Shown piece after piece: positions 24,701-39,700 of a DNA stretch of 64,000 nucleotides. The notes under the pieces were generated by a model, which was not told the DNA's origin, searched no databases, and worked only from the letters and a program-made list of their open reading frames with translations. Both the position numbers and the translations under genes were made by a program. This stretch comes from Pecten maximus (taxonomy: Eukaryota), in contig NC_047030.1 in assembly GCF_902652985.1 (NCBI RefSeq), positions 12,338,001 through 12,402,000 on the forward strand, in the 5' to 3' direction. How positions within the stretch are numbered: the first letter of the stretch is position 1; every line of letters begins with the position of its first letter.

Positions 24701-27700
24701 GTCACAGTTCTGTATGGATACGGTCGGATGATACAGTCACAGTTCTGTATGGATACGGTCGGATGATACAGTCACAGTTCTGTATGGATACGGTCGGATG
24801 ATACAGTCACAGTTCTGTATGGATACGGTCGGATGATACAGTCACAGTTCTGTATGGATACAGTCGGATGATACAGTCACAGTTCTGTATGGATACGGTC
24901 GGATGATACAGTCACAGTTCTGTATGGATACGGTCAGATGATACACTATGTTGTTAAAGTTGGTGGTCAGTAAAGTCAGGTTTCACTTAACATAGTAGAC
25001 ATTCTTACCAAAATACATCAGATAATTAATACATAGTAGACAATAGATTTATAGTAGACAATAGATTGGTAGTAAACAATAGATTTATAGTAGACAATAG
25101 ATTGGTAGTAAACAATAGATTTATAGTAGACAATAGATTGGTAGTAAACAAAAGACACATAGTATAATTCTATATCACATTACACTATAACAGTAAACAT
25201 ACTAAAATATCAGATATATCATACAACTGATATGTTACATCCTATATACAAAATGTAAATACATCACAATATTATCAATATTATATACATTATACATTTA
25301 AACATTTACAAAATACTAAATCAGCAGATATATGAATTTTCAGACATGAAATTAATCATCAAGAAGCTGCCAGCTAGTTTAAATTTGATTTTATCCCTAT
25401 GACTCGACCTTGGATAGGACTTCTGACCTTGACCTTTGATCCATACCTGATTGTTCTCTATATCTCCCTCGTTACCATTCTCTTCATCATTCCCAGATAG
25501 ACTGCTGCTGTCAGATACTGACTCAGAATCAGACCGGTCCTGTGAATAAACAATTTATATGATCAAAGCCTGTCTCTATATCAGACAGCACTTCTAGACA
25601 TGCCTTTGACATTGTTATGGTGTTTTGGATTGAACTGACGGGTAAATGTCTAATAAACTTTGACTCAGTACTAACATCAATATATAATACCTCAGCTTTC
25701 TTCTTCTTGTTGTGTTTGTCCTCGGAATCGGAGTTAGCCTGTCGCTTCTTGCCCTTGTTCTGGGCCTCAGCTGTCTTCTGTAATGAAAATGTTATAGCAA
25801 TTATGGTGTCACTTTCCTGTTATCACCTGTTTAATCTCCATTTCTATAACACATGGCCTACATAAAACTGATTTTATGACCTAGATATACTAACCTTGAC
25901 CTGTAAACCCAATCTCTATAACACATAATCTTGATATAACCAATTCCTATGACCTAGTTTTACCAACCTTGACCTTTACCTGTAAACCCAATCTCTATAA
26001 CACATAACCTTGATATAACCAATTCCCATGACCTAGATATACTGACCTTGACCTGTAAACCCAATCTCTATAACACATAACTTTGATATAAACCAATTCC
26101 TATGACCAAGATATACTGACCTTGACCTTCCTCTGTGTGTCTGTGCTACTATTGCTGCAGGTACTACCAGTACTTGGAGACTTACGACCGCGTGCCAGTG
26201 GAGCTAGTGTATTCAGTGGACTGTCCACAATATCCGGACTACTAGTACTATTATTTCTTTCCTTTCTTTTGCCTTTTGTCTGCAACAAAAAACAATTTAA
26301 AATTCATTTAAATCGTTCTCAATTCAAATTTGAATTTTGCCTTATTAACATAAATGAAGCAAAGGAGAATATGATGGTGTAATTGTTATTTCTCTTATTT
26401 AACTTATCAATTTATTTCAACACAATAAATAGTGAATGACTATTACTCACCGATTCCCGAGTCTGTCGTGTTCGCATATTGTGTCGACCGTTGACAGAGT
26501 CCTCTTCCTTGACTGGCTGGAAGAGGAAGGGAGATGGGTCGCGGGATGAGGGGTCTCGTGTTGAAGAGTCGCGTGGACTCTCTAAGGGCCGCTCTTCCCC
26601 ATAGCGTTTGAAGTGGAGGCGACATTCTGTACAGCGGAGACTCTTGTCTTTACCAGCATGGTGCCAGTCTTTGGACACTGCAATAAGAATTATATATCTG
26701 TACTAACATAATCCCATTAGTAATGTATATCTACTTAATACTGTACTAACATACAGGTCCAATGTATAATTTAATTTGTACAAACTTAAGGGTTCTGGTT
26801 TATCTAGATTTGAACTATCTATAGGGCCCTGCATGATTTCAATTTCTATTGATCTAAGAGGTCCTAAATGAATTGGAGATATACCCCTCTGATGATCTCA
26901 GGAATCGTGAATGATTTTAATAGCTATAATGTGTGAAGTCATGTTGTGTTGACAAACAAACAAACAAACAAACAAACAGAACTAACTAACTTAGAGGCCC
27001 TATATAATTTTGACCGGTATCAAAGTAAGTAGTCTTGCATGATATACATTAGTATTGATATAATATATAATCTTTATTTGGATTGGAAAACGGGTTCTGT
27101 ATGATTTATATTTGAACTGATCTAAGGGCCCAGTATAATCTTATTTGGATTGGTATAAGGGGTCCTGTATGATTTATATTTGACTATCTACGGGGGGCCT
27201 AGTATAATCTTTATTTGGATTGGTATAAGGGGTCCTGTATGATTTATATTTGAACTGATCTAAGGGGCCCAGTATAATCTTTATTTGGATTGGTATAAGG
27301 GGTCCTGTATTATTTATATTTGAACTGATCTAAGGGGCCCAGTATAATCTTTATTTGGATTGATATAAGGGGTCCTGTATGATTTATATTTGAACTGATC
27401 TAAGGGGCCCCGTATAATCTTTATTTGGATTGGTATAAGGGGTCCTGTATGATTTATATTTGAACTGATCTAAGGGGCCCAGTATAATCTTTATTTGGAT
27501 TGGTATAAGGGGTCCTGTATGATTTATATTTTGAACTGATCTATGGGGCCCAGTATAATCTTTATTTGGATTGGTATAAGGGGTCCTGTATGATTTATAT
27601 TTGAACTGATCTAAGGGGCCCAGTATAATCTTTATTTGTACTGTATGTTTGGTTTGTTTTTTGCTTTACGTCCTATTAACAGCCAGGGTCATTTAAGGAC

Positions 27701-30700
27701 GTGCCAGGTTTAGAGGTGGAGGAAAGCCGGAGTACCCGGAGAAAAACCACCGGCCTACAGTCAGTACCTGGCAACTGCCCAACGTAGGTTTCGAACTCGC
27801 AACCCAGAGGTGGAGGGCTAGTGATAAAGTGTCGGGACACCTTAACCACTGTATGTACTGATCCAACCAGTCCTAATTGTACTGACCTAGCTCTTCCATA
27901 AACGAGGTCTAGCTGGTTCACATTTTTACATTTCTATCTGGTGTACAGTGAGCACTTTAGCACCTTTCACTGCTACTACCAATTCCTCCACCAATTCATC
28001 AGGGAACTTTTCTAACAAACTTGTGTAATTTCACAGGTTGTGTATGACTAAGAGGCCAGCTAAGTGAGCGTTAACTTTTGTTACCAGGTCTCTTGCCCCA
28101 GAAACTGTTCCCCACAGATCAATAGCCATATACTACTGCACACTCCAAAATTAATGTGTCTGCTGCATATGTTGCAGGGACTGTTCTTAAACTTCCCATA
28201 ACCACATCAGGTAAATTTAGGTTTTGCCTTCCTGGGACAGATTAAAAGTCCAATAATTCTCATGGTAGAACATACATCCATGCAGGTACTACAGACTGGT
28301 TGAATTCCCAGACTCAAGTTGTCACACCAATAACAACAGAATTTTATATTGTCATTAGATATACCAGCCCTTCTATTGTCATTAGATATACCAGCCCTTT
28401 GGGAAATGAGACCACACTTGCCCAAATCTCTTCATAAAAGTATCTATTTTATCATCAATGTATCAAAAGAGATTGCAAGAATCACTGTAAGCAAAGGTGA
28501 GAAAATAAAGTTTAAAAACAAGTTCATTATCATATCATATTCTTGTTAACTACAATATACTCGGATACTTATTCTTAACTAGTTATTACATTTATTATGA
28601 AGACTTATTCTTATTAACTACTACATCATCACAAGGACTTATTCTTGTTAACTATTACATTATCACAAGGACTTATTCTTGTTAACTATTACATCATCAC
28701 AAGGACTTATTCATGTCAATTATTACATCATCACAAGGACTTATTCTTGTTGACTATTACATCATCACAAGGACTTATTCTTGTTGACTATTACATCATC
28801 ACAAGGACTTATTATTGTCAACTATTACATCATCACATGGACTTATTCTTGTTAACTATTACATCATCACAAGGACTTATTCTTGTTAACTATTACATTA
28901 TCACATGGACTTATTCTTGTCAACTATTACATCATCACATGGACTTATTCTTGTTAACTATTACATCATCACAAGGACTTATTCTTGTTAACTATTACAT
29001 CATCACAAGGACTTATTCTTGTTAACTATTACATCATCACATGGACTTATTCTTGTTAACTATTACATCATCAAATGGACTTATTCTTGTCAACTATTAC
29101 AGTATTGCAAGGACATACTTGCCACACCAATTTGGGAAGGAGACCCCTGATTTGGATCCCAAGAGAAAATTTCTTCATTATAATTCAGAAACTCCAATTA
29201 GTTCACCAGGAAGAAGAGTTTAAAATACATAGTTCTGGGGTATTAATTTATCGAGGGAAGTCTATATATAAGTGTATTGTTCCAAAGCACATGCATTCTC
29301 CTCAATGGCAATTTTTTGAAAGCTGGCAATCACCTCATGAGAACTTGCGTCTTGGAAACCATTACATTATCACAAGGAGTAATCCTTGTATATTACCATA
29401 TTCAAAGTTAAAAACCATTTCTCTTCTATGTCTTACATTTTATCCTATACTAACTCATGATAAATACCTGTGGTGAGCGAGAATTGTAGCTTGTTCAGAT
29501 GTAGCACACCCTGCCTACTGTAGACAGGGAAGCCTGACAGAGTTTAATTGACATTAGCATTACTTCTGATAGTTCTCTACAGCCTGTAACTTTTATTACA
29601 GACTGACAGGGGAGATGCATATCTCTTAATTTCTGTAAATCCCCGCCTCCTGGCAGCCATTTTGACTCCCCCCTAACACATTAATGAGGCTAGTACAGCG
29701 TTTGAGAGCAGGGACAGCTAGGGAAGCTATTTCTAAGTTGTCATTCCAGACCGATCTAATATGCCTTGCAGAAGCTTCCTAGAATGTATTCAGCTTTTGT
29801 AAGTCACATGATATATATATATATATATCACTGTAAAATGCTCCTTTCTTCATATGAATTTCCACAGGCAGCCTGATCACTGTGGCTGTGAGCTTCACAT
29901 AGGGTAGAGTGTGGAGCGCTGCGAGGGGTGTACAACACAAAACATCTTATCAGGTATGGGCCCACACACCACTATCATCAAATCCACATTAAACTACAAA
30001 GCTAAGTCCTTTACGATAGCTTTATATTTTTTCCACCTCTTTTTCACCAGCAAATTCCTCCCTTTCACAGCTCAAAGCAGTCGTATATCTGTGTTATAGT
30101 GATGCTATCATCAAATTAATAGGGAACCAACCAAATTTGTTAACCATCCGTTTTCACGTGATCTGTCCAATACACGGCTGTGCAAGCAGCATTGTCAGCA
30201 CGATTGATTTGTACACATGACTCTGGCTGTCAGCGCCTTCCCCGTTATAATCAGCTTTTACGCATGGCCGACCCCAAAGCAGTATCAGCCATGGTTGAGC
30301 GGGAACATGACCAGAAATAGGTAAGACTAACTATCTGCCTAGCCTCACCAGTAGCTCATCATTGTGGTATGAGCAGGCTTTGTTCCCTATTTACTCCCAG
30401 TCATCCGTTGCCTACTCTTTTAACATCTAGCTAAAACATTCTGACAGTCGAGCTGTAAAGCTATAGGGTACAACAGTATTTTCTTTATCAAGAATGTGCA
30501 GTGAATGAGGATTTAATGAACACTTTGGTGCAATTACAATATTTATATATCGCAGCCCTCTCGCTATCCAATGTCAGCCCTCTTTTAGCAAAGAAGGGGC
30601 CATCCCTTCCAGTACCACAAGGTTGTCTCCTTCTTTAGTGGCCTAGGGTCCCAAAACCTCCTTCTACAGGGATATTCTCTTCTTTGGTATCTCAAGGTCC

Positions 30701-33700
30701 CACACATATAGTTGTGCAGGACCATCCCCTTTAGTGTCTCAGGGTCCCACACCTATAGTTATACAGGGTCATCCCCTTCTTTAGTGTCTCAGGGTCCCCC
30801 ACCTATAGTTGTACAGGACCATCCACCTTCCTTAGTGTCTCAGGGTCCCCCACCTATAGTTGTACAGGACCATCCACCTTCCTTAGTGTCTCAGGGTCCC
30901 CCACCTATAGTTGTACAGGGCCATCCCCTTCAGTGTCTCAGGGTCCCCACCTATAGTTCTACAGGGCCATCCCCTTCTTTAGTGTCTCAGGGTCCCCCAC
31001 CTATAGTTGTACAGGGCCATCCCCTTTAGTGTCTCAGGGTCCCCACCTATAGTTCTACAGGGCCATCCCCTTCTTTAGTGTCTCAGGGTCCCCACCTATA
31101 GTTCTACAGGGCCACCCCCTTCTTTTGTGTCACAGGGTTCCCCACCTATAGTTCTACACAGCCATCCCTTTCTTTAGTGTCTCAGGGTCCCCACCTATAG
31201 TTGTACAGGGCCATCCCCTTCTTTAGTGTCTCAGGGTTCCCCACCTATAGTTCTACAGGGCCATCCCCTTCAGTGTCTCAGGGTCCCCACCTATAGTTCT
31301 ACAGGGCCATCCCCTTCTTTAGTGTCTCAGGGTTCCCCACCTATAGTTCTACAGGACCATCCCCTTCTTTAGTGTCTCAGGGTCCCCACCTATAGTTGTA
31401 CAGGGCCATCCCCTTCTTTAGTGTCTCAGGGTCCCCCACCTATAGTTCTACAGGACCATCCCCTTTAGTGTCTCAGGGTCCCCACCTATAGTTCTACAGG
31501 GCCATCCCCTTCTTTAGTGTCTCAGGGTCCCCCACCTATAGTTCTACAGGACCATCCCCTTTAGTGTCTCAGGGTTCCCACACCTATAGTTCTACAGGGC
31601 CATCCCCTTCTTTAGTGTCTCAGGGTCCCCCACCTATAGTTCTACAGGACCATCCCCTTTAGTGTCTCAGGGTCCCCACCTATAGTTCTACAGGGCCATC
31701 CCCTTCTTTAGTGTCTCAGGGTCCCCCACCTATAGTTCTACAGGACCATCCCCTTTAGTGTCTCAGGGTTCCCACACCTATAGTTCTACAGGGCCATCCC
31801 CTTCTTTAGTGTCTCAGGGTCCCCACCTATAGTTCTACAGGGCCATCCCCTTCTTTAGTGTCTCAGGGTCCCCCACCTATAGTTCTACAGGGCCATCCCC
31901 TTCTTTAGTGTCTCAGGGTCCCCACCTATAGTTCTACAGGGCCATCCCCTTCTTTAGTGTCTCAGGGTCCCACACCTATAGTTCTACAGGGCCATCCCCT
32001 TCTTTAGTGTCTCAGGGTCCCCCACCTATAGTTCTACAGGGCCATCCCCTTTAGTGTCTCAGGGTCCCCACCTATAGTTCTACAGGGCCATCCCCTTTAG
32101 TGTCTCAGGGTCCCCACCTATAGTTCTACAGGACCATCCCCTTCTTTAGTGTCTCAGGGTCCCCACCTATAGTTGTACAGGGCCATCCCCTTCAGTGTCT
32201 CAGGGTCCCCACCTATAGTTCTACAGGGCCATCCCCTTCTTTAGTGTCTCAGGGTCCCCACCTATAGTTCTACAGGGCCATCCCCTTCAGTGTCTCAGGG
32301 TCCCCACCTATAGTTGTACAGGACCATCCCCTTTAGTGTCTCAGGGTCCCCACCTATAGTTGTACAGGGCCATCCCCTTTAGTGTCTCAGGGTCCCCACC
32401 TATAGTTGTACAGGGCCATCCCCTTTAGTGTCTCAGGGTCCCCACCTATAGTTCTACAGGACCATCCCCTTTAGTGTCTCAGGGTCCCCCACCTATAGTT
32501 CTACAGGGCCATCCCCTTCTTTAGTGTATCAGGGTCCCCCACCTATAGTTCTACAGGGCCATCCCCTTTAGTGTCTCAGGGTCCCCACCTATAGTTCTAC
32601 AGGGCCATCCCCTTTAGTGTCTCAGGGTCCCACACCTATAGTTCTACAGGGCCATCCCCTTTAGTGTCTCAGGGTCCCACACCTATAGTTGTACAGGGCC
32701 ATCCCCTTCTTTAGTGTCTCAGGGTCCCCCACCTATAGTTCTACAGGGCCATCCCCTTCTTTAGTGTCTCAGGGTCCCCCACCTATAGTTCTACAGGGCC
32801 ATCCCCTTCTTTAGTGTCTCAGGGTCCCCCACCTATAGTTCTACAGGGCCATCCCCTTCTTTAGTGTCTCAGGGTCCCACACCTATAGTTCTAAAGGGCC
32901 ATCCCCTTCTTTAGTGTCTCAGGGTCCCCCACCTATAGTTCTACAGGGCCATCCCCTTCTTTAGTGTCTCAGGGTCCCCCACCTATAGTTCTACAGGGCC
33001 ATCCCCTTCTTTAGTGTCTCAGGGTCCCCCACCTATAGTTCTACAGGGCCATCCCCTTCTTTAGTGTCTCAGGGTCCCCACCTATAGTTCTACAGGGCCA
33101 TCCCCTTCTTTAGTGTCTCAGGGTCCCCCACCTATAGTTCTACAGGGCCATCCCCTTCTTTAGTGTCTCAGGGTCCCCACCTATAGTTCTACAGGGCCAT
33201 CCCCTTCTTTAGTGTCTATGGTCCCCCACCTATAGTTCTACAGGGCCATCCCCTTCTTTAGTGTCTCAGGGTCCCCACCTATAGTTCTACAGGGCCATCC
33301 CCTTCTTTAGTGTCTATGGTCCCCCACCTATAGTTCTACAGGGTCATCCCCTTCTTTAGTGTCTATGGTCCCCCACCTATAGTTCTAAAGGGCCATCCCC
33401 TTCTTTAGTGTCTCAGGGTCCCCACCTATAGTTCTAAAGGGCCATCCCCTTCTTTAGTGTCTCAGGGTCCCCCACCTATAGTTCTACAGGGCCATCCCCT
33501 TCTTTAGTGTCTCAGGGTCCCCACCTATAGTTCTACAGGGCCATCCCCTTCTTTAGTGTCTCAGGGTCCCACACCTATAGTTCTACAGGGCCATCCCCTT
33601 CTTTAGTGTCTCAGGGTCCCCCACCTATAGTTCTACAGGGCCATCCCCTTTAGTGTCTCAGGGTCCCCACCTATAGTTCTACAGGGCCATCCCCTTTAGT

Positions 33701-36700
33701 GTCTCAGGGTCCCCACCTATAGTTCTACAGGACCATCCCCTTCTTTAGTGTCTCAGGGTCCCCACCTATAGTTGTACAGGGCCATCCCCTTCAGTGTCTC
33801 AGGGTCCCCACCTATAGTTCTACAGGGCCATCCCCTTCTTTAGTGTCTCAGGGTCCCCACCTATAGTTCTACAGGGCCATCCCCTTCAGTGTCTCAGGGT
33901 CCCCACCTATAGTTGTACAGGACCATCCCCTTTAGTGTCTCAGGGTCCCCACCTATAGTTGTACAGGGCCATCCCCTTTAGTGTCTCAGGGTCCCCACCT
34001 ATAGTTGTACAGGGCCATCCCCTTTAGTGTCTCAGGGTCCCCACCTATAGTTCTACAGGACCATCCCCTTTAGTGTCTCAGGGTCCCCCACCTATAGTTC
34101 TACAGGGCCATCCCCTTCTTTAGTGTATCAGGGTCCCCCACCTATAGTTCTACAGGGCCATCCCCTTTAGTGTCTCAGGGTCCCCACCTATAGTTCTACA
34201 GGGCCATCCCCTTTAGTGTCTCAGGGTCCCACACCTATAGTTCTACAGGGCCATCCCCTTTAGTGTCTCAGGGTCCCACACCTATAGTTGTACAGGGCCA
34301 TCCCCTTCTTTAGTGTCTCAGGGTCCCCCACCTATAGTTCTACAGGGCCATCCCCTTCTTTAGTGTCTCAGGGTCCCCCACCTATAGTTCTACAGGGCCA
34401 TCCCCTTCTTTAGTGTCTCAGGGTCCCCCACCTATAGTTCTACAGGGCCATCCCCTTCTTTAGTGTCTCAGGGTCCCACACCTATAGTTCTAAAGGGCCA
34501 TCCCCTTCTTTAGTGTCTCAGGGTCCCCCACCTATAGTTCTACAGGGCCATCCCCTTCTTTAGTGTCTCAGGGTCCCCCACCTATAGTTCTACAGGGCCA
34601 TCCCCTTCTTTAGTGTCTCAGGGTCCCCCACCTATAGTTCTACAGGGCCATCCCCTTCTTTAGTGTCTCAGGGTCCCCACCTATAGTTCTACAGGGCCAT
34701 CCCCTTCTTTAGTGTCTCAGGGTCCCCCACCTATAGTTCTACAGGGCCATCCCCTTCTTTAGTGTCTCAGGGTCCCCACCTATAGTTCTACAGGGCCATC
34801 CCCTTCTTTAGTGTCTATGGTCCCCCACCTATAGTTCTACAGGGTCATCCCCTTCTTTAGTGTCTCATGGTCCCCACCTATAGTTCTACAGGACCATCCC
34901 CTTCTTTAGTGTCTCAGGGTCCCCACCTATAGTTCTACAGGGCCATCCCCTTCTTTAGTGTCTATGGTCCCCCACCTATAGTTCTACAGGGTCATCCCCT
35001 TCTTTAGTGTCTATGGTCCCCCACCTATAGTTCTAAAGGGCCATCCCCTTCTTTAGTGTCTCAGGGTCCCCACCTATAGTTCTAAAGGGCCATCCCCTTC
35101 TTTAGTGTCTATGGTCCCCCACCTATAGTTCTACAGGGTCATCCCCTTCTTTAGTGTCTCAGGGTCCCCATCCTATAATTCTACTAGGCCATCTCCTCCT
35201 TTGAAGCCTCAGGATTGTCCCTTTGAGGAAAACCTCAGGGTGTTTTAGTGCCTTAAAGTCCCCTTCTTGAAAACCTCACGGTTCCCCACTGCTAACACCA
35301 CACGGTTCCCTACTGCTAACACCACACAGTCGTTCCTACCTAAAGTACATAAGTGTATGGTCTCCCTCCCTGGTACATTCCAATATTACCTCAAAGTTCT
35401 CTTTTTATACTAGGAATGATAAGCCAGATTTACAGTACTATGCCAATATCTGACAGTGACTACATATGTTTGTTCATACATCTTTCCATTTGTATCATAA
35501 ACATAAGTCAAGCAATTAATGGCTAATGGGCTATAACCTAAGATTATTCCAGTTCTCTTAGCATTGGGGAAGATTCTCCAATACTTTCAGCAACTGTTCC
35601 CAGATGGAAATATTTTTGAATATTTTTATTCATTTCAGCTTCCAAGGGATGCATGGAGAATAGCACATAAGCTTCACCTAGAGGTATGTCAAGAGTGTGA
35701 CCCTTGACAAATACTTGAACCATTCAGTCAGTATACCAATATGGCCATTTCCTTCATGAGTGGTGCTGTGCATGGACTAATACAGGTGTCTCCCATAAGG
35801 TTGGAACAATCCATGTACCAATATAGGTGTCCCAGTCTTGTTGGAACAGTCCATGTACCAATAAAGGTGTCCCAGTCTTGTTGGAACAGTCCATGTACCA
35901 ATATAGGTGTCCCAGTCTTGTTGGAACAGTCCATGTACCAATAAAGGTGTCCCAGTCTTGTTGGAACAGTCCATGTACCAATATAGGTGTCCCAGTCTTG
36001 TTGGAACAGTCCATGTACCAATATAGGTGTCCCAGTCTTGTTGGAACAGTCCATGTACCAATATAGGTGTCCCAGTCTTGTTGGAACAGTCCATGTACCA
36101 ATATAGGTGTCCCAGTCTTGTTGGAACAGTCCATGTACCAATATAGGTGTCCCCAGTCTTGTTGGAACAGTCCGTGTACCAATATAGGTGTCCCCAGTCC
36201 TGTTGGAACAGTCCATGTACCAATATGTTTGTTCCCCATCACGTTTAAACAATTCACTTCAAATATGGGTGCCCCATCAGGTTGGATCATTCCATATACC
36301 AATTAAAGGGCAGCCACCGGGGGTCGGACCGTCCATGTACTAATATATAATAGGTAGGTATCCTTGTTCTGTAAACGAGATGACATATATCTTACCTGTA
36401 GAACTACAGTGACGACAAGAGTAACCACTCAGTTCTCGACTAGCACCACTGTCATCAGAATCCTCCGAACACTCACTGGCTGAACAACTCTGGTCACCTA
36501 CAGAACAAAGAGCAAAGGTCATTCAAAGTTAACATACAGTAAAGGTCATCCAAGGTCAACATATACAGTGAAGGTCATCCAAGGTCAACATATACAGTGA
36601 AGGTCATCCATGGTTCACACAAATAGTAAAGGTCATCCAAGTTCAACAGATAGTAAAGGTCATCCAAGTTCAACAGATAGTAAAGAAATCCAAGGTCAAC

Positions 36701-39700
36701 ACACAAATAGTAAAAGTTATCCAAGGTCAACACAAATAGTAAAAGTCATCCAAGGTCAATAAATATAATACCAAATATTTACAAAAGAATCAAATTATCA
36801 ACAAAACTAAAGTCAATGTATAAATTGACTCAAGGCATAAAAAGACAGAAAGTTTATCATTCTGGATAATGCCATTGTGTGTACGACTATAGACAACATT
36901 AATAAAAGAATGTTCATCAATCTCTATGGCCTGTAAACAGTAGCCATGCTAATCCTAAGGGATAGAGGATGCGAGGTATGCTTGTGGAACTTGTACCAGA
37001 TATGTTAAGATGGTCCAGTGTCATTAGATCAGTTGCTCCAACACTTGTCAATTCTGACTGATAGGTGTGGAATATTTCTGTCTGCCTGGTGTCGCCCTGT
37101 CCTGACAGATGAGAGCCCCTCGGCCCGACAGTGTGACTGTTACATTTCAACATTACCGTACATATCTATATGTCCATACTTTACTTACATGCTCCTAATT
37201 AATCATACTTATAGCCTAAAGAATATTTATCAATTATTCTGATCTACAATAAATGATTTAGCATCCATGGTGTAGAAGAGACTCCAAAACCCAGATGTAA
37301 CATAGACTCAACATCTGTATAAGTTTTGGCCGTCGAGAAAAAAATCTACCTGTCTTCTTTGCCACATTCCTCATGAGAGTTGGGCATAATTTTTTGGTGC
37401 AAGAACAGAATGCAAGTGAAACTACATGCAGTTAGAGAACCAAACTGTCAATGTAGAGGTGTGTAATGATAACATAACAGGATTTACATCCATTACATAC
37501 TTTTTTTCCTTTCAGCAGATGAATCTTTTGAATGGAAAGAAAACCAGATATTTCTCATTGGCATCAACAAACAGTGCAATTTGATAATATTTTCATAATT
37601 ATTTTTCAATATTATATAATCCAGTAATAGATCATATAAGATACATAAAACAGATCTCCTCAATCATGTGCCGAAGAACTCAGCAGCATCAAATGAGGAT
37701 CTGTTTGAGTTAGATACTTACAGAAGTCACTTGATGTCGGGCGTTGGGAACGAGTGTTGCGTTTGAAAGCCGGACGTTTGTGTCTTCGGTAGGGCCGATT
37801 TGATGTGGCACCAGGAGTTTTCTTCCAGAAATAGTAGTACTCGACCAGTTCTCCCTGCGAAGAAGGCAGACACATATAATGTGTGTAAATGGCATAATTC
37901 AGTGTGGATAACATATTCCTTCAGGATAACATATCAAGCTTTTGACCGCCAAACTTCTGACAGCTAACTTGTGCAATAAGAAATCCTCTGTAAAGATCCA
38001 ATCTTATAAGGACTCCTAACTGATAAGTAGGCAACAATGACCACCCTTATTGCTTTAATTCCAAAATGTCTCCCCGATTCTCATTTTTTTTTTTTTTTTT
38101 TTGTAATTCCTGGTTGGAATTTTTACCATATATATTATATGATATATACTGTTTTTCCAGGAGTTCCACACTACAGAGAAACTCTAACACATTGATATTG
38201 CTTTAATTTGACACAAATCACAGGTATAATGTGTAAGGTAGCATATAACCTTAACTGTAAAAAAATCACAGGTATAATGTGTAAGGTAGCATAGAGCCTT
38301 AACGCTAACAGAATCACAGGTATAATGTGTAAGGTAGCATATACCCTTAACTCCAACACAAATCATACATGGTTTCAGAATGTGAACTGGAAATAAGGAC
38401 ATTTATATCTCGGTAAACTTTGAATTATCATCTAGACTGCAGTAGCTAGAATAATTTGCTGAAAATTAACATTTACATGTTAAATAAGATATTCACAAAA
38501 CCTGGCAGTAAATATTATTACAGAAAATTTACCGACCAAGGCTATACACAAGTACATCAGCTTGAGTGTAAGTGGCCAGCCCAACTGGTGTCCCTCTGAT
38601 GTTATAACACGGGAATTCTATAATATATTCTAACTATTCCATGCTTGTCTTAAATGTCTTGACATTATATCATGTTACACTACAAGTCTGGTCTGTTACA
38701 AACATCTGTGTGATGTAGGTATCTACAGAAGCTATGGCCATGTCTCTCAACACTGTTGTCAGTTTAACACCTGAGAGTGTCTGGGCATGCACATCTAGGG
38801 TTAGGACACACCAGGTTGTGTTTAGGTCAAAAACAGGAGCTATACAGAAAGTTTCTAACCTCACATGTTCTCAATGGAAAGTATATAACGTAAATGTATA
38901 GTCAACTTTACATAGCAGTAAAATAGTGTTCAGAAAAGTGTAACTCACAAAGTCAAATAGTAAAAAAAAAAAATAGTGGTAAGGAAATTGTATCAAACAC
39001 ACAGTACTTTACTACATTTGTCAAACATATAAACTACTTCATCTAAACTACAAAATAAATCCAGAACATTATAACAGAACATAAAGGTAGGCTAACAGGT
39101 GAACATGGGAGATTCAATAGACTTTCAGGTAGGTGGAAATGAATCACATAATTAGAGTTTGGCATTTGGTCAAGTGAAAGATTGACCAATACAAAAGGTG
39201 GTAAAAGTCCAGACTGACCATTACAACAGGCTGGTAAAAGTCCAGACTGACCACTACAAAGGGCTGGCAGCATCTCTATTGGTTATTGTACAGATTAATG
39301 AACTGATAACTAGCCAGTGGTTTTATAGGAGAATAAATCTAGAAGGAATACATTGTTTTGTGTGGCGACTGTCCATCACCATCAGGCAGTAAAACACCTG
39401 TTCTACACTATGAGGTGTCTTTTCACTTCTGGTGGGCTCCCTAAGGGAGATCTAGGTCTGGTTTGGGCCTCTACTAGAGGTCTAAAGCCTGAAGGGTGTG
39501 TCTGGACATCTCTTGGGGCTCCCTAAAGGAGATCTAGGTCTGGTTTGGGCCTCTACTAGAGGTCTAAAGCCTGAAGTGTGCGTCTGGACATCTCTTGGAC
39601 TCCAGGTCCTCCAGGTCGCCCCGAGATCTAGATCTGTTGGGGCCTCTACTAGTGGTCTAGAGCCTAAAACACCTGTCTCAGACATCTATTGGGGCTCCCT

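Noticed and set aside
27770-27850. tRNA gene (also ~6500-6569)
   Set aside because: A/B-box head of a SINE; truncated and with no complete cloverleaf.
35728-36306. Overlapping ORFs on both strands
   Set aside because: 40-bp minisatellite artefact.
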